A stretch of 63,840 bases of DNA, counting the filler, from Octopus bimaculoides (lineage: Eukaryota): the NCBI RefSeq assembly GCF_001194135.2. It is 5 parts of 5 records of this genome, joined end to end, with 100 filler letters (N's around TTAATTAATTAA, not from the genome) between each part and the next. Parts side by side here need not be neighbours in the genome. Positions count along the whole stretch, not along the records: positions 1 to 14,650 come from NC_068987.1; positions 14,751 to 33,230 come from NC_068988.1; 3 more parts are not named here. One strand, 5' to 3'. The notes beneath the pieces were generated by a model. That model made no database searches, was not told the origin of the DNA, and saw only the letters and a list, made by a program, of their open reading frames with translations. Below, in pieces: positions 11,905 to 25,872 of this stretch (the stretch's first letter is position 1; every line of letters begins with the position of its first letter). The position numbers and the translations under genes were made by a program.

Positions 11905-12797
11905 CCTACATGTCTGTTTTTGTGTTTACATTTATCTTTATATATTTCTATATAGATACATACATGTGTATCTTACTTTCATAGAGACAGACAAACATGT
12001 ATGCATCCATCCACACACACACAGGTAGATGCATGCATACATTTACACACACATTTATAGACGTATGTATATTTATATCTGTGTATACCTTTCTGTGTGT
12101 TTCTGTGTATATATGTATGCTTTGTGTTTGTATATATGTTTCTGTTTGTGTATGTGTGGTGAGAGTGATGGTGTGTATATGTTTTTGTGTATGTATACTT
12201 TTCTGTAAAGTCTAAAAAAAAAAAAGGAATTTAATAGAGAAAAATAATCAATCAATTCACAATGCCATTAACCAAAAACTCCTGGTGCTACCGAAATTAA
12301 TAAAGCCATTTTCTCGTCAAAATAACTAAAATACCATTCTCTTCAACAGTCAGGACTTTCTAGATCCTTCCTGATAGAGGGAAGAAAGACAAAAGATCAG
12401 ACCCATAAAATAATAATCGCCCTTACTTCATCTGAAACTGTAAATATTGTTTGATGCTAAATTACCAAAATGAAGAATACCATGTCTACACATGAGTTCA
12501 AGTTTGTTCTTTTAAGTTCGAAAAGAAGAGGGTGGAAGATGTGTGGAATCACTGAATGTTGGTGTTATGTTTCGGTTCCATAAGCATGAAGTGTGAATGA
12601 CAGACAGATCTAATCCTGGATAGGAAGGTAGTATAAGGGTGTAAGGTTAGCTGTTAGCATCAGATAAGTGGAACTGAAGCAATGTGGGAATAAAATGAGA
12701 ATTATGTGACGCTAGCCAAAAGTACAATGGAACATCTGATGTAGATTTGAAATCGTGCTCCATATATATATATATTTGTATATGATTGAAAATTCCT

Positions 12798-12866
12798 GTG
12801 GCTGTGTTGTAAGAAGCTTGCTTCCAAACCACTTGGTTCCAGGTTCAGTCCCACTGCGTGGCACTT
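12798..12866 (+). mobile_element. Family A SINE head only
   Basis: GTGGCTGTGTTGTAAGAAGCTTGCTTCC...GGTTCAGTCCCACTGCGTGGCAC. Confidence 0.7.
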
Positions 12867-12868
12867 CC

Positions 12869-12942
12869 ACAGAAATATCCTCTTCAACAGAAATATCCTT
12901 CTTCAACAAAAACATCCTTCTTCAACAGAAATATCCTCTTTA
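12869..12942. repeat. 18-19 bp minisatellite x4 (ACAGAAATATCC[T]TCTTCA)
   Basis: Four adjacent near-identical units fused to a SINE head. Confidence 0.9.
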
Positions 12943-12972
12943 TCATCATTATAATTGTCATTGCTATGACAG

Positions 12973-13004
<32 letters not shown>

Positions 13005-13075
13005 TATTGAAGCTATGAGATAATACATGATTAATTCAAAACAATGACAGAGTAATTCGTATACTTAAAGGTTAA

Positions 13076-13295
13076 CCCTTTAGTATTCAGATTTTTCAAT
13101 CAAATGTAATGCTTATTTATTCACATTGTTTTGAATTCATCATACATTATTTTGTAACTTCAAGATTTCAATGGCGTGTATGTATATTTTTAGAATGACA
13201 CTGTAGGTTAGGTGTAAGGTGTTGGATAAGGTCAGTGTTAGAATGAAACAGGTAAAATATTTGGGCCAGATATGGCTGGAATAAATGCTAAAGGG
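13076..13295. mobile_element. piggyBac-like MITE
   Basis: TTAA TSD (13072-13075, 13296-13299); TIRs CCCTTTAGTATT and CCCTTTAGCATT. Confidence 0.8.
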
Positions 13296-13466
13296 TTAAA
13301 CCAGACAACAGAGAAATAATTAACCATTATTCACACATCCTCTGGGTGGTAGCCACTTTGGTATTGATCTTAAATAAAGATGGTGGCACTAAAGAGCAGT
13401 TGATACATGATGCTGTGAAACTGGACGTACACATGAATAGTAAAATTGTATTCTTTTATATTCTTA

Positions 13467-13862
13467 TTTTTATATTTCTTTCAGCCATTTAACTGCAGCC
13501 ATGCTGGAGCACTGCCTTAAAGGGTTTTAGTTGAACAAAGCGACCACAGGACTTATTTCTTTAGCCTAGTTCTTATTCTATCGGTCTCTTTGGCCGAACT
13601 GCTAATGTTACAGGGACATAAACACACCAACACCGGTTATCAAGTAGTGATAGGGGGACAGACACAAAGACACACACACACACACACACACATTTATCAC
13701 ATTTATATATGATGGTCTTCTTTCAGTTTCCTTCTACCAAATCCACTTACAAGGCTTTGGTTGACTCGAGGCTTTAGTAGAAGACATTTGCCCAAGGTGC
13801 CACACAGTGGGACTGAACCCAGATCTAGATGGTTGGGAAGCAAGCTTCTTACCACACAGCTA
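13467..13862 (-). mobile_element. Family A SINE, full length
   Basis: Colinear similarity to the 8347 and 14316 copies. Confidence 0.85.
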
Positions 13863-13914
13863 TGACCACCTTTTTTTTTATTTTTTTGTTTATTTTACAT
13901 ACTAATTAATCCTT

Positions 13915-14123
13915 ACTACTATAGGCACAAGGCCTGAAATTTAAGGGAAGAGGGAAAGTCGATTACATTGACCCCAGTACTCGACTGGTACTTATCTTAT
14001 CGATCCCAAAATGATGAAATGCAAAGTCAACCTCGGTGGAATTTGAACTCAGAACATAAAGGCAAACAAAATACCACTAAGCATTTCGTCTGGCATGCTA
14101 ACAATTCTACCAGCTCACCGCCT
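13915..14123 (-). mobile_element. Family B SINE
   Basis: Colinear with the other B copies, full head. Confidence 0.8.
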
Positions 14124-14141
14124 TCCAATAATAATAATAAC

Positions 14142-14312
14142 CCTTTCTACCATAGGCACAAGGACTGAAACATGGGTGGGAGGAGTTAGTCGATTTTATC
14201 AATCGCAGTGTATAACTGGTACTTATTTCATTGACCCTGATAGGCAAAAATCAACCTCGGTGGAATTTGAACTCAGAACCTAAAGACAGACTACTGCTAA
14301 GCGATTTGCTCA
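14142..14312 (-). mobile_element. Family B SINE (tandem neighbour)
   Basis: Colinear with the other B copies. Confidence 0.75.
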
Positions 14313-14315
14313 GAA

Positions 14316-14650
14316 TACTCTTTTACTCTTTTACTTGTTTCAGTCATTTAACTGCGGCCATGCTGGAGCACCGCCTTTAGTTGAGAAATTCAACCCCGTG
14401 ATTTATTCTTTGTAAGCCTAGTACTTATTCTATCGGTCTCTTTTTGCCAAACTGCTAAATTACGGGGACGTAAACACACCACCATCAGTTGTCAAGCGAT
14501 GTTGGGGGACAGACACAGACACACATACATATATATATATATATATACATATATACGACAGGCTTCTTTCAGTTTCCGTCTACCAAATCCACTCACAAGG
14601 CTTTGGTCGGCCCGAGGCTATAGTAGAAGACACTTGCCCAAGGTGCCATG
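14316..14650 (-). mobile_element. Family A SINE cut by the linker
   Basis: Young-looking copy colinear with the other A copies. Confidence 0.85.
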
Positions 14651-14750
14651 NNNNNNNNNNNNNNNNNNNNNNNNNNNNNNNNNNNNNNNNNNNNTTAATT
14701 AATTAANNNNNNNNNNNNNNNNNNNNNNNNNNNNNNNNNNNNNNNNNNNN
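14651..14750. other. Artificial 100-bp scaffold-join linker
   Basis: 44 N + TTAATTAATTAA (14695-14706, stops in all six frames) + 44 N; identical at three other places. Confidence 0.95.
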
Positions 14751-16180
14751 TATATATATATATATAAGTACATTTACAGTTACGTACACAGAACAACACA
14801 AATCTCTATACTTGCACATGCATACCTATACATATATTCAGATGCGTGTGTGTGTGTGTGTGAGTGTGTGTGTGTATGTATGTATGTACATGTAGGTAGA
14901 CATATATAGTCATTTCGGGTGTATGCAATGCATGTGTGCGTATGTATACTCATTTAAGAAAAAAGTTTAAATAAATGTCGAACAGACTGATGTGCTGACT
15001 ACTAATTTAATGATACGGCTAGGCCAGCCAACACTTGGAGTAGAAAAGCTTTGATCAGTGGTGCTTGCAAGTTTTTCCCTAGAAGTTGGAGGTTAAATTG
15101 ATTGAAGTGTATTTAAGGTAACGTTAACGTATTTAATGTGGAGAACATTAAAAAGCTTACTAGAAATAACTAGACGGTGAATATAAAAACCACCTTCGTC
15201 CATGACTAATATTATCGTATTTATTCCACAAATACAAATGACAGCGCTGAACTTTATTGTTGTTGGCAAAGTAAAAGACTCACCACGTATAACCACCAGG
15301 AACCTGAATATATTTGGACTTCTAAGATATTTGAGGCATTTTATAAATAATGAATGTTATTACATTGTTAGAGAAATTGTGGTAAAGTACCTGTTGGATA
15401 TTGTATTTATGTATTAAGTTTTATACATGACAAGGGCCAATACTACATTGTTTTTCGAACTGAATTCGATAATATTAGCATAGTCTAATAAATTTCATAT
15501 GTCATTGGTTCCTAATGTCGAAAAAAATATATAGATTTAGTAACCATAAGCAATAGAAGTAGACCAATATTTGTGGCCTAATCCTAAACGCTGTTAAATC
15601 TTACTGTCATCAATAGCTTACACATTCATTACAAGTTCTTTTATTGCACTCAAACGGAATGACAATACAAGAAATGAATTTAAACTTTCGCTGATTGTAG
15701 CTTTACCAAGTTTTCATGTAATAATATTCTGTATCAGCATCGATTGAAATATATATTACCGCTGAGAAGGCTTGCGTAGCATGAAAATGAAGTCTCACAT
15801 CGAAGAGCAAAATACCTAAACCAGTGCCAGTGTTGTATCCACGGCAGTTCAATTGTGATCCTAACGCCCTATCAGTTACAACTCATGATTATACGTGATA
15901 ATAATAATAATGATGACGATGATAATTGCGATGACATCCAAAATTCCTTCAAATTATAGCTTTCGACCGTGAATTTCATCAAATAGAGCAAACAAAAGCG
16001 AGGTAATAAAACAATTCTATCCTCCAGTCGTAAACTGAGCTAGTAATTTCAATACTGTGCGTTGTAACCGTATAGTTTCAAGTATGATTCCACTGCACAG
16101 TATTTCGGGCAACTGTACTCTTCCAATTGGTAAGGTCGACAGATAACTCATGATAGGCACTTTACAGGATGTTGATATGT

Positions 16181-16181
<1 letters not shown>

Positions 16182-16263
<82 letters not shown>

Positions 16264-16270
16264 CGTCGTC
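16182..16270. repeat. Long (CAT)n microsatellite grading into (CGT)n
   Basis: Direct reading; representative of very many (TA)n, (CA)n, (TACA)n, (GATA)n, (AG)n, (AAT)n, (GAT)n and (GAC)n tracts across the window. Confidence 0.95.
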
Positions 16271-18822
16271 GTCTTACTTCCAGACGATATCGACGACGTC
16301 TTTCTTATACTATAATCAAGAGTGTTTTGCTCTCTCCTGCAGGTTTCTGACCAGGGCTGCTGCTATTTACTTTTAAGTATCAACGTTGATCCTCCTCACG
16401 CTGTTAACTCAAGCCTCAAATTGCGATCGAAGTTTACTTAGATTTTTGTACTAAATATTTTCTGCATTATTTAGCACGCTACAATATATCTTCGGTACTA
16501 GAACATTTGCCGTTAGCTAAGACAGTGACGTTTTTCACCTTGTCTTTTTAGGTGATGTTCAAGACTTGTTTCACGTGTCTCATTGTGTATGCATGCAGTT
16601 GTCTTTACCCCTTTGCCATATTTTACATTTCAATAAGAACACAACAAATAGGCTGTACAATTGCATTGTTCAGTATAATTCACAATTCATTTTCATCGAC
16701 ATGCACACGCTGTTCACAGTCACTCTTTCAAGCCTGCGAATAATGAGTTGTAATGTCAGCTGATCAGTCGACTTCATTTCCAGGAACAGAAGCAATTATT
16801 AAAGACATAAAATTTGATATGAATAAAAAAGCTTTAGAAATGTACTAAACAGAATTGGATAATAATGCTGTGTGACTTTTCAAAACGAGACATTTCATAT
16901 TCAGCTGGCAGCAAATCCTTTCAATTCCAGATCAACAAAAAAGTAACGTTTCTCCTTGCTTTCACAACAGGCCTCGCCTTTTCGAAACGGTGGGAATTGA
17001 TCTGTAGAATTGACCCCACTTCAGCATTTTTCAGATACAAAACTTATACATTTAAATGCGTTTGTATAAACATACATACATACATGCATACATACATACA
17101 TACATACATACATACATACCTATATATGCTTGAGAGCGCGTCTATATGTATGTTTATACGTATATCAGACACAAATTCTCGCAGTAGGGCAAAGGCTAGA
17201 TATTATGTGAATATCATCTGCTCATTCTCACAAATAAAACATGGCTAATGGCTAAATTTCTTTTCATACATTTTATAGTTCGATTCACTTCTATTTCTTC
17301 TCTTTCATTATGGCTAAAATCGAATGTTACAATTTAGTCATTTTTTCTCCTTTTTTAATAATTTATATGTGTTTATATCAGACAAAATCTTAAAATAAAG
17401 ATATGAATAAATGGTGTACGCTTTATGGGTAAAAAATAATTTTTGTGCACTCCATATAACGAATCTGATTTTACTAGAATTTTTTCCATTGGAAATATTT
17501 ATATCAAAGGATTATTTCCAATATAAAAGTGTGTCAGAAGGAAAATAAATAAATACCAAACATAAATAAGGATATTTATGTTTGCTTATGCGTTATTGGA
17601 AGTTAAAAATGTATTAAAAGAATATTCCTGTGCTAAATGTTGTTTGAGCGTTGATATGAATATAAAAGAAAATACTTCTCTCTTTCTCTTTCTCTTTCTC
17701 TCTTACCCCCTTTCTCTCCCTCTTCTCACCCCCTATCTCTCTCTCTCCTTGTCCCTCTCTACTTCTCTTTTTACACACTCACATGCATGCGCACACAAAG
17801 ACTCATACGCGTACGCATTCACACGCACTCATCTACATACACGCACTCATCCACATACACGCATTCATAAACGTACATGCACACATACACATTCACACAT
17901 ACCTGTATGTATAGAGAAATACAAACACAACCATATATATATTTATATATAAAAAAAGGTACACAAGTATAAATGTATTAATATACCCATTAATTTATCC
18001 ACACATCCCACTACACACAAATTTATATACGTGTGTGTGTATACCCCTGCATGTTTGGTGCATGTATGTGTGCACAAGGAAACATTTGACATATATATAT
18101 ATATACACGAATACACAATCTCCAATCAATATACACAAATATATATTTGTCTCCTCTTCTGTCTCTTTCTATCTGTGTCTCTCGTTGTCTATCACTTTAA
18201 CTGTCTATTCTACAATAGCTCATAAACAGACATATTAAAACACATACATATGTGTATGTGTATGTTCATGTGTGTGTGTGTGCGCATGTATCGTAAAGGT
18301 AGGTAGACAGATAGATAGACTGAGAGAAAAAGAGAAGGAAGAAGGAGAGAGAGAGACTGACAGATGGACAGAGACTGAGATGAAGAGAATTGGTGAAAGA
18401 TAGAAGGAACATAATTGTAGAGTGATAGCCAAATAGGCAGTGAGGCAAATATCACAAGATAAGATTTTATCTGTTTGTGCTGTGAAATAATTATTTAGAT
18501 GCCATATGCGTAAATCAATTGGTGTTGATATAAAAATGTTATTCGGCTTCTTTAATCAATGTAATTAAAAATAACCAATCAATCAAATCTACAAACAAGC
18601 AAACATCATTAGTTGAAGCCAGCATTCATCAAATGTTTTGATGACAAGGTTATAGCATGACCTTTCGCTATCAAAATGAATCGTAGCTACTTAGTTAATA
18701 CTCACAGATGTACATAGAGATATAATACAAACAGTTATGCCGACGGCTATAGACAGCTAATAGATACGTATTAAACAGTAGAAAATATTAGATGTATATA
18801 ACTCTAGAGTGAATAATATTAA

Positions 18823-19038
18823 TGGTTTCAAATTTTGGCTGAAGCCCAGCGAATTCGGTCTGAGAGTGTCAGTCGATTACACCGAGCCCCATTACTCAAC
18901 AAGTACTTCGTTTATGTGCACCAACAGAATGAAAATTAAAGTAGACTTTTGGGGAGTGTGAACTCAGAAGGAAAACCCGGAAAATATGCCGCTACGCATT
19001 TTATCTGATAATATAACGATTCTGTAAGCTCGCCGCTT
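18823..19038 (-). mobile_element. Family B SINE, diverged
   Basis: Ends ...AGCTCGCCGC; GTGAACTCAGAA B-box region. Confidence 0.7.
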
Positions 19039-19120
19039 TAATAACAACATTTCAATTGTAACTGGAACGTGTGTAATGTTGTGATGGACATAAGAAGCGT
19101 TTAAACAATATTCAATAATA

Positions 19121-19443
19121 AATAAGGCAGAATAGTTAGCACGCCAGGCACAATGTTAAACCGTATTTAGTCCGTTTTTATGTTCTGTGTTCAAATTCCA
19201 CTGTGGTCGGCTTTGCCTTTCATCCATTTCAAGGTGGCGAGCTGGCAGAAACGTTAGCACGCCGGGCGAAATGCTTGGCGGTATTTCGTCTGTCTACACG
19301 TTCTGAGTTCAAATTCCGCCGATGTCGACTTTTCCTTTCACCCTTTCGGAGTTGATATATTAAGAACCTGTTGAGTACTGGGGTTGATCTAATCGACTAG
19401 CACCCTCCTCCAAAATTTCGGGCCTTGTGCCAGAGTAAAAAAA
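19121..19443 (+). mobile_element. Family B SINE dimer within one 14-bp TSD
   Basis: TSD AATATTCAATAATA at 19107-19120 and 19444-19457; diverged left partial monomer plus near-intact right monomer from 19232. Confidence 0.8.
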
Positions 19444-19619
19444 AATATTCAATAATACTATTTAAAGCAAGAAAGCAATTCGCTCTCGCGAAATTTTTCG
19501 CTGAAACTCGGAACATTAAAATAAGAGAAGAAATACAATCTCAATATGTTAACCATACTAATAATTCTTACAATTATAGGAAAAACACCTGAAATTAGGT
19601 AGGATGGGAGCAGTCGTTT

Positions 19620-19826
19620 ACTCTTTTAATCTGTTATTTGTTTCAGTAATTTGATTACGGCCATGTTGGAGCAACGCCTTTAGTCGAATAAATCGCCCCC
19701 CAGGACACATTATTTGAAAGCCTAGTACTTATTCTATCGGTGCCTTTTGCCGAACCGCTAAGTTACGGGGACGTGAACGCACCAGATTCAGCTGTCAAGC
19801 GATGGTAGGGGGCAAACACAGACACA

Positions 19827-19888
<62 letters not shown>

Positions 19889-20142
19889 CATAGATATAGA
19901 TAGATTCACATGAATTAGGCACTTAAGTTGTTCTTTGTCTATTTCCTTACCTTCTTGGAGGTTTTAGGTAAAATTATACTAATGTGTTTTACCTGTTTTA
20001 ATTTAATTTAATTCTGTGTCTTTGTGCAGCTGAGGATTGCTCTGCATTTTAAATTCATGTAATGATTGCATTGTTCAGTTAAATGGGGTTGCATGAAACG
20101 ATCGTACTGCATTACCTCTGCATATCTTTGTTGCTTATTTTG

Positions 20143-20177
<35 letters not shown>

Positions 20178-20651
20178 GTAAAATATATAGGGTAGCGAGT
20201 TTTTTTTAGAAATTTCACTACCAGTGGCCTAGCATGTATGAAAAGTCAATAGACAACATATTATCAATATGAAATAGTATACATTTAGACACAAGTGATG
20301 CTACCTTTAACGGGCAGCTTTACACGCTAGAAGCGCGGTTGCTGATGAGAATTTCGCCTAGCAAATTCTTTTTTCGGTTAAAAAATTCGAAATTTAGGTA
20401 TGACCGTAAAAAAATAACAAGGTAAAAGTTATTATTTTTCATTCCCTTCGAAATTGCTCTTAAATGTGGTTTTGGTCGTTTTGACTGCCTCTTCTAACGT
20501 GTAAAGCTGCCTGTTAAAGGTAACTTTTCTTGTGGTTAAATATACACTATGATATATATATATATATATATATAACGGGCTTCTTTCAGTTTTCGTCTAG
20601 CAAATGCACTCACAAAGCTTTGGTCGGCTTGAGGCTATATTAGAAGACACC
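19620..20651 (-). mobile_element. Family A SINE split by about 700 bp of insertions in its internal microsatellite
   Basis: Tail half at 19620-19870 and head-proximal half at 20575-20651, same orientation. Confidence 0.65.
20304..20520. mobile_element. TA-site MITE (Tc1/mariner-like)
   Basis: 32-bp inverted repeats including flanking TA: 20302-20333 vs 20491-20522, 2 mismatches. Confidence 0.75.
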
Positions 20652-20822
20652 TGGGGTGGGTAAGTCGATTGCATGGAACTCAGTACTTAACTAATACTTC
20701 TTTATCAACTCCGAAATGATGAAAGTCAAAGTCGACCGCGGTGGAATTTGAATGTAAAGACGGACGAAGTGCCGCTAAGCATTTCGTCGGCGTGGTAACG
20801 GTTTTGCCAGTTCTTCCCCTTA
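20652..20822 (-). mobile_element. Family B SINE
   Basis: AAAGTCGACCGCGGTGGAATTTGAA...GCCGCTAAGCATTTCG. Confidence 0.75.
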
Positions 20823-21666
20823 AAGGTATTTATGATACATTGACAGTGTGTTTACGATAATATTAAAGGTCAGGTATATGATATTGATGATCATACTGAT
20901 GTTGGCGATAATTAGTTTGACTATGAATGCAGTGATGATGATACTGATGATGATAATGATGATGATGATGATGATGATAGTGATGAAGGTGATGAATGTG
21001 ATAGTGATGACGATAAATATAAGGAAAAGTAGAATATACCAAAATTGACAGAAATAACAGCCTCTGATGGAACTCTGATAGATACATCGCATTCTACATA
21101 TCGTCCTATACCATTACTATCTAAGAGCATATCACATGTAGTAGAACTATCTAAAAATGCGAAATACGTGAAATACTATATTTGAATGAGACAGAACTTA
21201 ATCGATAGAACCCACGAAAGGAAGAATTGTCCTGGTAGTCATGCCTAAGGAAGACCAGAACGCAAATTTATCTAGATTTCTTATTTTTAATGACTGCTGA
21301 TGAAATATTTCAATATAAACAACAACACGACGCGAGCACAATAGGCGAGATATTGTTATCAGGGGTTAAAATGGATTTCACTGTTTTAGAGATGAATTGC
21401 CCGGTAATGTAAATTGGTGAAAAGAAGAACGTCTATGGAAAACTATTGAGAGGCAGGTCTTATATACCGATTATAGATTTTCATCAGTACATACTAACAG
21501 GAGAGCACGGGGTTATATTACAACAGATTTGCATAATATACTGGGTGCCTCGCCTAAAGAAAAAAGAAAATTGATTCGCATTCTCCTAACTCCATCGAAA
21601 CTAGGACCGCAACGGTCTCAAGTGAACTTCTTAGCATTTTCATCATATTTCACTAAACCAATCACT

Positions 21667-21698
<32 letters not shown>

Positions 21699-22693
21699 CA
21701 CACACACACTATCTGTCTTCCTCACACACACATACATACTTATACCTACAAACACATAGACTTATACATGCATATTCATGGCCACACTTATACAGACATA
21801 GATTCGTGGACATACTCATACGCGAACATGTATGTATATATACAAGTAAACAGACGGATACGGCCTACGACAAAAATTAGGAAAAAAAGAAGTAAATTGA
21901 AATAATTATTTACACTATGAAAAAACATACGATAGGAGAATGGACACTTAAACAGCGAAAAATAGACACGCTTTAGACATTCATATGTGTAATTTTAGGC
22001 GCCGAGATACTCAGACACAAACGCATAGATGTTTTGCACGCATACGCACAAACGCACACAACAACCTTACAAAAAAAAAAAATCAAAAGAAAATAGAAAT
22101 AATTTGGATATATACCATTGCTTGGAGAGGAAAATATTTCCTTATAAATATGCACATACACAAAATAAGTATTAAATGCATCTACAGAACTGATGAAACT
22201 AGAGAGATGCAAACACACACATACACGCATACTCGTAAAGACATACGAGGAAATAAGCCTGTATGCGAGCACAAACATAAAGACGAATGCTACACACAGA
22301 GACAGACAAGCCATTTTCAAAGTCTATATATACTGGAAATATCAATTATATTACCTCTATTATGTGTTTTAAGCAGAGGTTGGCGATAGAGCTGATACAG
22401 TTGATAAGATGGCTGTGAATGATGCTACACAGGTCATTACTTATTGCTCCGTAGTTCAAGACATAGCTATCTCTATACTTATTTCTATTCATAGCTTTCT
22501 GTAACGTCGATATATATTATTATATTTTAGTGACACACAGAACTAGTGTTAGCAGGATGATGTGTGTTACTTGGTAGAGCTCAGTGCATTGAGTTACTGG
22601 TACGTGTTTCTTCGATCTCCAAGTAGTGATTTTCCAAAAGTGATTTCGATGTCTGAATATGTATGCAATGTGTGTTATTGTGTGTGTGTGTGA

Positions 22694-22735
<42 letters not shown>

Positions 22736-22822
22736 NNNNNNNNNNNNNNNNNNNNNNNNNNNNNNNNNNNNNNNNNNNNNNNNNNNNNNNNNNNNNNNNN
22801 NNNNNNNNNNNNNNNNNNNNNN

Positions 22823-22887
<65 letters not shown>

Positions 22888-25654
22888 GTATGTATGTATA
22901 TATATATATATATATATTTATATGTATGTATGCATATATATATGTATACATATATATATACAAATATATATATATATATACATACATATATACGCATGTG
23001 AGTGTGATTATGTATATAATCAGAGTAGACGCACAAGCAATCATATTCCTGTACAAACAAACATACACTCACGCACACATACACATATGAACATTATAGA
23101 AACGCACATACGTTTAAACATAAATACATACATATACATGCACATATGTACATACAAACAGAAATAAGGAGAAAGTGAAAGAGAGAGAGAGAGAGATAGA
23201 GAGAGGGTGGGGGAGGGAAGAGAAGGAAGGGTGTAGAGAATTCCATGGCTATTTTGTTCAACATTTCGCAACTATTTTACTAAAGTCTGTGCTTGATGCA
23301 ATTTATAAATAGCCATATGCATCGAAATAGAACGTATTGTATAGTGTTTGCTATTGAATGAATGAGGCAATCACAAGTCGTCAGCTGGGAAACTGGGACG
23401 CATATAAAAATGGTTTATGGGTTATAATCAGTGCCAATGTAATACATGGTATTGAAGTAGCCAGACTGAGAAATTTACTAGATTCTCCTAGCGAGAAATA
23501 TATCAAGAAAAGAACTGTTCTTGATGTAATCATTAAGGGTCTGAAGAAAATGGTGGAAATCTAAAAATCACAAGGAAATTGAAGTTGAAACAAGCAGCAA
23601 AGAAGCGGAAAATTCTAAAATAAATCGATAAAAAATATGAATAAGTAAGTTATGAAATAAATGATTCCTCCACCGGATATGATGAAAAATATAAATATAA
23701 AAATGAAGTACGCACATACAGACACACACAGATGCATAAACATATACAAAGACATAAACACAGGGAAAGACCCAGAGATACAAACACATACAGACATCAC
23801 ACGCAGACACACACTGACATGCAAACACATACATGTAGTTACACAAACACGCATATACCTGCGTTTAGAACTTAGCTCACCATCCACGTCCAGTCGTCCT
23901 TGTCTGAGAGATACACTGAACTCAACAGCGCTAATCTCACCGTATATTCCTTTCATCCTGTGATATAATACATCCTATATAATATGTGTATCCTATCATA
24001 TAGTACAGTTTGCCTACTGCCAACAATTTGAATTATACTTTTCTGCTTAAATACCGTCCAATATTATATCATACAACTGAAGTATCTCTAAAGTGTTATT
24101 TCTGTCGTATGATTTAATAAAGTAACAGCAGAAAGAACAACAGAAACATTACAACAAAGCAAAGCAGATGCCGTATACGAAAATAGGCAATGTTGTAGAA
24201 ACATCTGGAACACGAAGTTTCCTCTGGCAGTGCATTAAAGACTCGCAGATAAACGCTGGAAAGCCGATGATAATAAAAAGGAAAACCACTTCAGTACACT
24301 CTAACCATGTAGAAAGCAACAATGACTAAACCATTGGTGACGACTAAATTGATGATAATAATGAAGATGATGATGACGACGATAAAGATGATGATGATGT
24401 GGAGGAGGATGGTGATTATCATGATGAGGATCATGACAAGCCTATTAATCGCGACGACGACGATGATGATGGTGACGACAGTGATGAAACTGATGATGAT
24501 GATGATAATGATGATGATGACGATTTTGACGACGACGACGATGACAACAAGGATGATAATGATGAGACGGAGGAGGTGGGTGTCAACGTGAAGGTTGAGG
24601 AGTAAAATGTTGGTGATAATGATGATGATGATGATGATGACGACGACGATGACGATGATAAATCGAAAGTTACTTTTTCTCCATTGTCATAAAAACCCAT
24701 TTTAGGCTTGTATTAAATCTGAATTTATTGCTAATTATATCCGTGTTCGGATGTTAATGGCTATTGATAAGATTTTATCATAGATTGTTTCATTTTCATT
24801 GTATTTACTTAGTTATTAGGATTATGGGAAGTAATTTTTAATAAGATCTATAAACGTTCTCATTATTTAAGCAATGTTCGGTTTTCTTTTTTTAATAATG
24901 AAACTTAACCAACTTTATTAAAGTTGTCTACATTACAATCAAAATTATATATACATACATATATATATATNNNNNNNNNNNNNNNNNNNNNNNNNNNNNN
25001 NNNNNNNNNNNNNNNNNNNNNNNNNNNNNNNNNNNNNNNNNNNNNNNNNNNNNNNNNNNNNNNNNNNNNNNNNNNNNNNNNNNNNNNNNNNNNNNNNNNN
25101 NNNNNNNNNNNNNNNNNNNNNNNNNNNNNNNNNNNNNNNNNNNNNNNNNNNNNNNNNNNNNNNNNNNNNNNTATATAAAGACGTTTATTACAGATTTAGT
25201 TGCCTGTGTGTGTCACAATGGACGGATTTAAATCTTTTTTATTATCAAATCCGATCCATTCCAGAATCGAAACCGAATTGGAACAATATGAAGGAGACAG
25301 CAATATATTTCACTCTATAATAATGCTTTGGTCATCACGACCACTGTTATCCCTAATATGAACCTTACATTAGGCATTGGATCTTTACCATGTAACAATC
25401 GAATATACTCAAATCGCATTTCAAGCTCATTGAGACATCTTACTAAACACGTTTGGCTAAATCGAAGGTGGCATAATCAAGACTAGGACAACTTCGGCCA
25501 TACGTCTGCCTGATGAGAGCAGATTCTACAGATCATCAGACCTTTACGATATAATTGATGACTCTGCTACAAATAACATTTTTTGTACATTTAAAATGTA
25601 TTCAAGATATATTCCTAGATACATGTTTCATTGTATTAAAGATAGTGTTCAGAA

Positions 25655-25872
25655 TTGGTTTCATATTTTGACACAAGGTCAGCAATTTCGGAGGTGGATG
25701 TGGAGTATAAGTTGATTACTTCGAGCCCACTGCTCAACTGGTACTTATTTTATCGAAAGGGTAAAAGTCAAAGTCCATTCCAGTAGGATTTAAACACAGA
25801 ACATAAGTACGGACGAAATGCCGCTAAGCATTATTTGCCCGGCGTGCTAACGACTCCACCAGCTCGCCGCTT
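25655..25872 (-). mobile_element. Family B SINE
   Basis: Full head ...CCGGCGTGCTAACGACTCCACCAGCTCGCCGC. Confidence 0.8.

Noticed and set aside
12335-12440. Minus-strand micro-exons with a strong acceptor
   Set aside because: All three frames of 12335-12370 contain stops and the implied intron is only 56 nt.
16150-16350. Poly-His ORF
   Set aside because: (CAT)n microsatellite; flanks are not coding-like.
24322-24700. Asp-rich and Met-rich ORFs
   Set aside because: Degenerate (GAT/GAC)n microsatellite; open frames on both strands are a by-product.
15284-25430. Minus-strand exon candidates (15284-15303, about 23871-23957, about 25352-25440)
   Set aside because: Isolated, no family match, and they conflict with the better-supported + strand exon pair in the same block.
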